A stretch of DNA of 64,000 nucleotides, from assembly GCA_963664705.1 (NCBI GenBank), contig OY761556.1, positions 6,464,001 through 6,528,000 on the forward strand. The letters run 5' to 3'. The stretch comes from Acidobacteriota bacterium. GTDB lineage: Bacteria; Acidobacteriota; UBA6911. Below, one piece after another: positions 10,073 to 17,417 of the stretch (positions are counted from its first letter, which is position 1; each line of letters begins with the position of its first letter). The translations under genes and the position numbers were made by a program. A model generated the notes under the pieces. It searched no databases and had not been told where the DNA came from. It saw nothing but the letters and a program-made list of their open reading frames with translations.

Positions 10073-12072
10073 AAATGCAATACATACCAATAAATCCGAG
10101 CGTGCGTCGAGGGGGACGTCGCGATTTTGCTAAATACTTTAAGAAGATACATCGCCAGATTGGCAGAACACAACAAGACATTGTTCCCGAATTGATTCGC
10201 AAGCTTCACGATGAACTGCAAATTAAAGCGGATGAGCCGATTGGCGATGACATCCTTAAAGGATTGTTCGCTAAAAGCGTGATATTAGATCTTTTGGGAA
10301 CTGGTTGGAAAATTAGGGTGGCGAATGGAGTAGTCGAAATTGCACCACCCCGCGAAAATGCAATAAATCCTTCTGAACTAAAAGAATCTGTACGTCGCAG
10401 TCATCAATTTGAACGAGAAGAGCAACTCAACCTACCATCAGTGCAAGACTTCATCCGCAGGATGGAACGTCAGCAACTGACACCAAAGGGATGGCATTCA
10501 ATATTTTCTCTAATGAGAGATGGAAAGGAATTATCGGTTACCCTTCAGGATATCTTGCAGACCTCAAAGATGAATGGTAATTGTCAGATCTCTGCACTTT
10601 CAACCGCGATTGCTCCTTACATTCAGCCAATAACTGAAGACGCCATATGTGAACAAACCGGACTGTTACTGAGAGATGTCTGGCGATACTTCCGGCTCAC
10701 TTGGGTAAATAGCTATAAGCCGCTGCCAGGGCGCACCATGTCCTTTTTGGTCCGAGATGCTGCTGCAAAAAATCATCCGGTAATTGGAATCGCCGCCTTG
10801 GGCAGTTCTGTCGCTCAGCAGCGCTTACGAGATACTTGGATCGGTTGGGATCAGGAAACCATGGTAACAACCATAATGAACGAACCGAGCGAGCGCTACG
10901 CGCAATGGATAATCCATTCGCTTCAGAGCCTTATTGAGGGAATTTACTTGAATGATCTTATATCTGATCAAATTCTTTCCCGATCTGATATAAAAAATCC
11001 AACAATTGAGTGCATTCAACGCTTGGAGCGGGAAGCTGAAGGCGCAATAAAGATGCATAGGCTTTATCCCCACGCGGCAGCCCACAAAAAATCAAACCAT
11101 ACAAATTGGAGAACTGAGGCTCAGACATATCTCTATCGAAGCAAACGATGCAAAACTCTTGCAAAGCTGCTACGTATCCGTGCGGCATTTCAGCGATGCG
11201 GCCTCACATCTTCTCCCAGACATCGGCTAGGAGCCGCTCTAGAGCGGGCAGATGCACGAAATGCTTTGATGCAGCTTGTGCGCTTAATAAAGGCACAACG
11301 TGTCGGAATAGATATGATGGATATTACTGTATGCGGAGCGATTGCACCATACAACGCACTGCTTGGCGGCAAGCTTATTTGTATGCTTCTTTGCAGTCCT
11401 GAAGTCATTTCCATGTATGGCAAGAGATATGGCAAGCAGGTAAGCATTATCGCTTCATCAATGAAGGGAGAAGCGGTTATTCGTAAGCCGCGATTGGTTC
11501 TGCTTGCAACAACTAGCCTTTTTGGAGTTGGGTCAAGTCAATATAATCGAGTAAAAATCCCTTGCGATCGTATGGGAGGTCGTAAGGACGAGCAGATTGT
11601 ATTTGGAGAACTAGGGAAAAGCGAAGGATATGGCACATACCACCTTAGCCATAGGACTATGAAATTGGGGGATATACTTCTTGCCAGGCAAAAGGGTGGT
11701 CGTCGAGTAAATAGCATCTTTGGTGAAGGAGTGAATCCACGAATGCGAAAACTTAGAGAAGCTTTCGATATTGTGGGTTTGCCTTCAGACGAAATATTGC
11801 AGCATAGAAATACGCGAATTGTATATGCTGTGAAATTGGCACGGAATTTTTCAGACGTCTTGTTGGGCCTAACCTCATCCGCACAATATTTCACCTCCCT
11901 ACGCAATCCAACGGAGAGAACAAAACAGATTGCGGCGTATTGGAGGGAACGTTGGTTGTTTGGACGAATCGGGCGACCTGGAGTGTTGGAAGAGGTAGAA
12001 AAGCACACTCCGACTTATCCGGTGACACATGGGGCGAGAGTCATTTTGCCTCTTTCAGATACCGCCATATGA
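10069..12072 (+). CDS. druA: Druantia DruA-like protein (DUF4338), long 667-aa form
   Basis: Motifs WRYFRLTW...PGR...LVRD...VIGIAALGS...RDTWIGW, CGAIAPYNALLGGKL and TTSLFG..SSQYNR are typical of DruA; ATGA overlap with the ATPase gene. Confidence 0.8.
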   Translation: MKMQYIPINPSVRRGGRRDFAKYFKKIHRQIGRTQQDIVPELIRKLHDELQIKADEPIGDDILKGLFAKSVILDLLGTGWKIRVANGVVEIAPPRENAINPSELKESVRRSHQFEREEQLNLPSVQDFIRRMERQQLTPKGWHSIFSLMRDGKELSVTLQDILQTSKMNGNCQISALSTAIAPYIQPITEDAICEQTGLLLRDVWRYFRLTWVNSYKPLPGRTMSFLVRDAAAKNHPVIGIAALGSSVAQQRLRDTWIGWDQETMVTTIMNEPSERYAQWIIHSLQSLIEGIYLNDLISDQILSRSDIKNPTIECIQRLEREAEGAIKMHRLYPHAAAHKKSNHTNWRTEAQTYLYRSKRCKTLAKLLRIRAAFQRCGLTSSPRHRLGAALERADARNALMQLVRLIKAQRVGIDMMDITVCGAIAPYNALLGGKLICMLLCSPEVISMYGKRYGKQVSIIASSMKGEAVIRKPRLVLLATTSLFGVGSSQYNRVKIPCDRMGGRKDEQIVFGELGKSEGYGTYHLSHRTMKLGDILLARQKGGRRVNSIFGEGVNPRMRKLREAFDIVGLPSDEILQHRNTRIVYAVKLARNFSDVLLGLTSSAQYFTSLRNPTERTKQIAAYWRERWLFGRIGRPGVLEEVEKHTPTYPVTHGARVILPLSDTAI

Positions 12073-12395
12073 TAGGTGATCAGTTTTTGGGTAGAACGGG
12101 GATGAGTTGTTTGGGGATGCCATAGCCCGTCTCAGGATCGGCGGCTCCCCTCCGACGCTGTTGCTGTCAACAAATACGATACCTCGATGCAACCTCGGAC
12201 CTGACTCCTCGATGGCAGATGTTCCAGTTCATTATTATTCCTGGTTTGGCAAATCGGGGAATGAAGTCGTCTATCAGGTTGCCAGTGATTCCTCGTGAGA
12301 TTTCGAAACAGCACAAGCAAACAGTGATGTGTCGCTCGTAACAGCGGCCATATTCGAGTCCTGTTTGCAATGCCCTATTTTTCGCAAAGATCATC

Positions 12396-12643
12396 TCTCC
12401 TTTCTGCCTCTTTTTCTCTCGGGCACTGCTTCGCTTGACGGCATGAACTGCTGCCTAGCCGCGCCTGGCGACCGCTTCCGTTCTGCTTTCTCGGCACCCC
12501 CAAACAAAATTCTGTCCTTCGGATTCGCTCGCTTCGCTCTCCAGAATTTTGTCCGGTCCCCCCAAGAATGCACTTCAGCGCTCTTAGGAGCTGGCTCCGC
12601 TCTGCCTTTCGTGCCCCGAGAGAAAAAGGGGCAGAAAAGGAGA
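12396..12643. promoter_or_regulatory. Long nested stem-loop, Frpo/ssi-like single-strand promoter candidate upstream of radC
   Basis: Outer arms tctcctttctgcctctttttctctcgggcac (12396-12426) and gtgccccgagagaaaaaggggcagaaaaggaga (12611-12643); inner perfect arms acaaaattctg (12504-12514) and cagaattttgt (12542-12552). Confidence 0.6.
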
Positions 12644-12649
12644 AACACC

Positions 12650-13183
12650 ATGCGACAGAAGAGAGCCTCTTACAACAAAACCCTCAAAGAAACCGCTGAA
12701 ATCAACTTCGACAACAATCAGCTTACATTCCCAGGCTTGTATGACTACATTCCGGTTTATCACATCGAGCTTGTCTGTGACCGCCAGGTCAAATTTGAAA
12801 ACAGACGCTCAATCCATAATTCCGATGAAGTCGTTGAGCTTCTTAAAGACGAACTGCTCAAATCCGACCGCGAGAAGCTTCTTTCAGTCCTGCTCAACAC
12901 CAAGAATATGGTCATTGGAATCGAGGTGGTGAGTATCGGTTCTCTTAGCACGTCCGTAGCTCATCCCCGCGAGACCCTGAAATCCGCAGTGCTTGCTTCG
13001 GCAGCCTCCATCATCTTGGCGCATTGCCATCCTTCCGGGGATCCGGCACCGAGCCGCGAAGATCGGGATATGACAGAACGTATGAGCAAGGCTTGTGAAA
13101 TCCTGGGCATCAAGTTGCTGGATCACATCATCATCGCTCAGTATGGCAGCTACAGTTTTCGCAATTCTGGCTTGCTGACCTGA
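12650..13183 (+). CDS. RadC-like JAB domain protein
   Basis: HPRE...AHCHPSGDPAPSRED...LLDHIII JAB motifs; RBS aggaga before the ATG at 12650. Confidence 0.9.
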   Translation: MRQKRASYNKTLKETAEINFDNNQLTFPGLYDYIPVYHIELVCDRQVKFENRRSIHNSDEVVELLKDELLKSDREKLLSVLLNTKNMVIGIEVVSIGSLSTSVAHPRETLKSAVLASAASIILAHCHPSGDPAPSREDRDMTERMSKACEILGIKLLDHIIIAQYGSYSFRNSGLLT

Positions 13184-13203
13184 TGGGCAGCAGCCCATCA
13201 TTC

Positions 13204-13297
13204 GGCGAAGGAAATTCGCCTGCATGGCACATCATGCCACCCTAGCATGACGTGCCACCCTGGCATGTAGTGCTACCCTGGCACCACATGCCATGCA
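13204..13297. repeat. Hairpin plus 18-bp-period array of TGCCA-CCC-TGGCA palindromes
   Basis: ggcgaa-N5-ttcgcc at 13204-13220; units at 13235, 13253 and 13271; flanked by tgcatggca / tgccatgca. Confidence 0.75.
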
Positions 13298-13346
13298 AGT
13301 ACTCCGCCCCTGAACAGAATTAAACCCATCAATATAAAAAACAAAA

Positions 13347-13392
13347 TTTCTAAAAATATTTTGTAAGTTTTTTGCCCTTTCGTGACTCTTCG
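13347..13392 (+). promoter_or_regulatory. Conserved ICE promoter motif copy 1 (putative ECF sigma promoter) upstream of the virB11-relaxase operon
   Basis: tttctaaaaatattttgtaagttttttgccctttcgtgactcttcg; 43/46 identical to 56448-56493. Confidence 0.75.
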
Positions 13393-13451
13393 GGGTGTGG
13401 GGAATTATTCAACCGTAAGTCCCACCAATTCATTTTCAGCAAGCGAGAAAA

Positions 13452-14564
13452 GTGATGGATGCCAACGTACTCGACCACGAACTTCTTAATGCTTCTCTAA
13501 ACCCGATTGCACCTTGGGTGGATGATCCGGAAGTCACCGACATCCTCGTCTACGGCAGCCGCAATGTCTACATTCGCCGTCGCGGCGGCGGATTTGAGGG
13601 CGTGGGCGCGAAATGGCGAACCGACGATGATCTAATGACCGCTGCCAAAACCATCGGCCGTCACATGGGACGGCAACTCAATTCTCGCGCTCCTATTCTG
13701 GATGCACGACTGCCCGATAAGAGCCGCGTCAACATCATCATTGATCCCTGTTATAACCGGGGCGCTTGCATCTCAATTCGCAAGTTTCCCAAAGATAAAT
13801 TTTCGCTGGAGGATCTTGTCGGCTTTGGAAGCATGGACGATGCCGGAGCCGAAATCCTCAGCGCAATTATGCGCCTTGGAAAAAACATTCTGATTTCCGG
13901 AGGAACGGGGAGCGGTAAAACCACCCTGCTTAATGGCCTGTGCGCCTTCATTCCAGCGCATGACATTGTTGTGACCGTGGAGGATGCACGGGAGATTGCC
14001 ATCTCCAACGAACTCTGGGTCGCACTGGAAACCAAACGCGCTCTGGATTCTGATGACAAGGAAGTCACGCTCAGGGATCTGGTACGCACCAGCCTTCGCC
14101 TAAACCCCCGCTGGATCATAGTCGGTGAGGTGCGCGGACCGGAAGCGGTCGAACTGGCCCGCGCCTTTAACACCGGCCACTTCGGAGCCGGCACCATACA
14201 TGCGAATTCTACCTATGATGCGCTGCTGGCTCTCGAAGCTTTAATCATGCAGTCCGGATCCGACCTTCAGGTCAATTCAATCAAGGTTCTGGTATCCCGC
14301 TCTATTCATATCGTGATCCAGATGGGGCAGCTGGCCGATCATTCGCGCCGGCTCATGGAAATTGCTGAAGTTGAAGGCCTCGATTATGACCGTTCGGCCA
14401 CATTCCCCCCTTACAGGCTCCGGAAGCTCTATCAATTCGAATTCAGCCATTTCGGAGATGAGGGCAAATCTCACGGTAATTTTCGAGTCAAAGAGAAACC
14501 TTCCTGGCTCAATGAGCTTCGAATGATTCCCCAATACCGGATGCCGGATTTCTGGAAGCAATAG
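13452..14564 (+). CDS. virB11: VirB11/CpaF-family secretion ATPase
   Basis: GGTGSGKTT Walker A, VEDAREI, VGEVRG, GH..GTIHAN motifs. Confidence 0.9.
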   Translation: MMDANVLDHELLNASLNPIAPWVDDPEVTDILVYGSRNVYIRRRGGGFEGVGAKWRTDDDLMTAAKTIGRHMGRQLNSRAPILDARLPDKSRVNIIIDPCYNRGACISIRKFPKDKFSLEDLVGFGSMDDAGAEILSAIMRLGKNILISGGTGSGKTTLLNGLCAFIPAHDIVVTVEDAREIAISNELWVALETKRALDSDDKEVTLRDLVRTSLRLNPRWIIVGEVRGPEAVELARAFNTGHFGAGTIHANSTYDALLALEALIMQSGSDLQVNSIKVLVSRSIHIVIQMGQLADHSRRLMEIAEVEGLDYDRSATFPPYRLRKLYQFEFSHFGDEGKSHGNFRVKEKPSWLNELRMIPQYRMPDFWKQ

Positions 14565-14576
14565 GAGTGAAAGACC

Positions 14577-15473
14577 ATGCAAAACGATTTTGCTTATGGA
14601 CGCTATGAGGAAGGCAAGGCAGAATTGGCAAAGCTGATCACGGCCGCCCATATTCTGAAAGGTCAGGAACGGAATGCAGCGCACATTCCTGAAAGTCCTC
14701 ACCCTGAGCGCACTATTCCTGGAAAATTCTCCGAAGAAAATGCGCTCCTCAACAGCCGCAATCTTTTTAACGAAAAACTCATCGAGCATGAGGCAAAGCG
14801 CGACGCCTATCTGATGCTCTCCAATAATTACAAATCGTTGGGGTTGGAGGGCGATGCCAATGCATATGAAACCCGTGCGCAGATGGAGGAAACAACAGCC
14901 CAGGGATTTCAGGCAGTCAAAAAAGCATGCGACAAGGAACTGGAGGAATTAGGCATTCAGCAAACAGCTGAAAAGCCTCGAACACTGAAGAGCTTTCTGG
15001 AAGCGGCGCAACGGGATCTAGAGGAGCATAAGAACTCTCATGCGATAAGCAGCGTCTACATTCAGCAAGTCGCAGATACCCGGACAATCATCGAGCAGTA
15101 TGAAACCGATAAAAACATCCGCCTGTTATCCCCAGACGAAATGAAGCAGTTTTCTGCTGCTCTTCATCAGCGTGATTCCTACATGACGCTGGCGGAACAG
15201 GAGTCCATCAAGGCGGCCGTTTCATACAAGAAATTTCGGACTGAGATGGACTCTGCTGAACGGTCTTATGAAGGACTCAGCCGGGAGAAGCAATCAGCTG
15301 CAATAAACCATAACTCGCATGAGTCCCCCTCTCTTGAAAAACCCGAGAAAGACAATGCATTCCTGCCGGAACGGGAACGCTCGATAGATTCCCCAATCAA
15401 CGGTCACCGATTTGGTGTTTCAAAAGCTGAAGTGTTTAGACAAATGGTCAATGACATCAACCGCGAATTGTAA
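14577..15473 (+). CDS. Hypothetical helical protein in transfer operon
   Basis: 298-aa ORF with RBS aggag, in operon. Confidence 0.7.
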   Translation: MQNDFAYGRYEEGKAELAKLITAAHILKGQERNAAHIPESPHPERTIPGKFSEENALLNSRNLFNEKLIEHEAKRDAYLMLSNNYKSLGLEGDANAYETRAQMEETTAQGFQAVKKACDKELEELGIQQTAEKPRTLKSFLEAAQRDLEEHKNSHAISSVYIQQVADTRTIIEQYETDKNIRLLSPDEMKQFSAALHQRDSYMTLAEQESIKAAVSYKKFRTEMDSAERSYEGLSREKQSAAINHNSHESPSLEKPEKDNAFLPERERSIDSPINGHRFGVSKAEVFRQMVNDINREL

Positions 15474-15484
15474 GGAGAAAATCC

Positions 15485-15946
15485 ATGAGAGTTTGCACAA
15501 GCATTTTGTTGATGATTTTAATGACGCCGCTTTTAAAAGCTCAGGATTACGCGATTATGAACCTCACGGACGAAAATGCGGTGGCCGCCATGCCGTTTTC
15601 GATTTCTCGCGTGGTCCCCTTCGGTCAAGGACTCAGATTGTTTCTCAACACAAATAATCCCAGTGCCGTCGCTGATCTTTTAAATGCCGGAAAACTACAA
15701 GCTCAGTTGTCTGATAACCAGGCAGGAATCGAGAAGCTTGTTCCTCTTTCTCTTGGCAAAGCGGTGTGGTGCCCGGATTCTGACACTCCTGCCTATTTGT
15801 CATTTAATGCTCCGCTTCCAAATTGCGGCGGCAATCCACCGGCGCGGATTGAGTATTTCCTTGAAGTGGCGGCTACCCTCGGACCGGAACTTGACCTGGC
15901 GATTGGCAATGATCCCGATTTTCTCTGGCTAATAGAGGAACGCTAA
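15485..15946 (+). CDS. Hypothetical exported protein
   Basis: N-terminal signal-peptide-like segment; RBS aggag; coupled to the next gene. Confidence 0.65.
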   Translation: MRVCTSILLMILMTPLLKAQDYAIMNLTDENAVAAMPFSISRVVPFGQGLRLFLNTNNPSAVADLLNAGKLQAQLSDNQAGIEKLVPLSLGKAVWCPDSDTPAYLSFNAPLPNCGGNPPARIEYFLEVAATLGPELDLAIGNDPDFLWLIEER

Positions 15947-16806
15947 TGGACCGGAAAGAACCTCACAATCTCACCATTACTTCGTGGGATTACATCAAGG
16001 ATAACTTCCAGCCGGATGACCGTCTTGCTGTTGTCATCAAAACCCGGCAGGAGGTTATCCAGCGCATTGCGACTGCCGAGAAAATTTCGTCAAAGGCCTA
16101 TCAGGCATGGCTTCGTTTCAAAAATGCACATGCCGGCGAAATTTATATCAGCATGAATACCCTGAAGCCGGAAGCCTTTGGCAGAACAAAAAGGGATATC
16201 GCCGCAGTGCGCCATCTCTACCTCGATCTCGATCATGGCGCCGTGGATTCTCTTAGGTTCATTTGCGGAGATTCGCGGATCCCTTCTCCCTCTTACGTCC
16301 TGAATACATCGGAGGCGAAATATCAGGTTGTTTGGAAGATATCCGAATGCGATCCCGACCGCGCTGAAATTCTTCAGCAATCCATGGCGATAGAATTTAA
16401 TGCCGATCGTGCTGCAACGGATGTTACTCGGGTGTTGCGGATCCCTGGATTTTATAACCACAAATATGATCCGCCCTTTCAGGTAACAGCACAGCAATTG
16501 TCGTCGAATCCTCGCAAGATTGAAGATTTCAATATCCCATGCCTTCCAAAGCTACAGCCAATTTCGCAGGCTGCCGATCGCCGCCAACAATTTAATTCAG
16601 GCAACACTCATACGAGTCAGTCCGAACGCGATTGGGCCGATACCTTACGCCGACTTGAGCAGGGAGAGCATCCCTCACTTGTGCAGGCGTGGCTGGAGGG
16701 TTCGCGGCCTGACAAAAAATCCCCTGCGTACTATGCGGCACTGACCGTCAAAAAAGCTTTGGACGTTCTTGAAATGCGACGGGATGGCCCGTCGCTGGAG
16801 CCTTAA
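15946..16806 (+). CDS. RepB-like (RepB'-type AEP) DNA primase domain protein
   Basis: YISMNTL, HLYLDLD, LNTSEAKYQVVW and DVTRVLRIPGFYNHKY motifs. Confidence 0.8.
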   Translation: MDRKEPHNLTITSWDYIKDNFQPDDRLAVVIKTRQEVIQRIATAEKISSKAYQAWLRFKNAHAGEIYISMNTLKPEAFGRTKRDIAAVRHLYLDLDHGAVDSLRFICGDSRIPSPSYVLNTSEAKYQVVWKISECDPDRAEILQQSMAIEFNADRAATDVTRVLRIPGFYNHKYDPPFQVTAQQLSSNPRKIEDFNIPCLPKLQPISQAADRRQQFNSGNTHTSQSERDWADTLRRLEQGEHPSLVQAWLEGSRPDKKSPAYYAALTVKKALDVLEMRRDGPSLEP

Positions 16807-16834
16807 CAACTAATTCACAAAGGAGAAAATCAGA

Positions 16835-17404
16835 ATGGAAACAGCGGAGAAGAAGTTCTTCATCACCGGCAATTCATTTGCTATCAAGGATCAACTCAAG
16901 GAACTGGGCTTCAAGTGGGATCCGGAAGCCAAAAACTGGTATCACACCAACGAGATAATTGCCTCCACAGCTCAAAAATTCGTGCCCGCAGGTCCGGAGA
17001 AGCATTTCATCCACGGCAACTGCTATCCGTTTACCGAACAGCTCAAAGAAATGGAGTGTCGCTGGGATCCAGATTCAAAGGCCTGGTATCACCTCAACAA
17101 GGAGATTGCCGAAAAAGCACAGGCTCTGGTGAACAAGGCCCCCGAAATGCAATCCAACGGCAAAGCGCAGGTTAGCGCTGGCGCGGAGAAACACTATATC
17201 CCTGAAGTGCCTTTCGAACTCAACAAGACATTGAAACAGATGGGATGCAACTGGGATGCGGAAGCCCGGTGTTGGTATCACTCCGATCCGGAAATCGGCA
17301 AGGAGGCAAACCGCCTGGTCCAGGAAACTCGCGAAAAGCTCCAGGGCCATGAAGCCATTCAAAACAAGTCGGACATATCAGCCGGAATAGAGAACAGCTT
17401 ATAA
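16835..17404 (+). CDS. Protein of three tandem DUF5710-like repeats
   Basis: Three copies of LKxxxxxWDxxxxxWYH. Confidence 0.7.
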   Translation: METAEKKFFITGNSFAIKDQLKELGFKWDPEAKNWYHTNEIIASTAQKFVPAGPEKHFIHGNCYPFTEQLKEMECRWDPDSKAWYHLNKEIAEKAQALVNKAPEMQSNGKAQVSAGAEKHYIPEVPFELNKTLKQMGCNWDAEARCWYHSDPEIGKEANRLVQETREKLQGHEAIQNKSDISAGIENSL

Positions 17405-17417
17405 CCGGAACCTTTTC

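Noticed and set aside
12073-12395. Left att site of the ICE
   Set aside because: No copy of the tRNA 3' end was found here or elsewhere by eye.
13204-13297. Possible mini-CRISPR
   Set aside because: The period is only 18 bp with 5-bp linkers; it fits protein-binding sites better.
13391-13400. GGGGTGTGG resembling the F-plasmid nic site
   Set aside because: Only a 9-bp match, at the predicted transcription start of the promoter motif and without an adjacent hairpin. The 20572-20610 site is preferred, though this one is not excluded.
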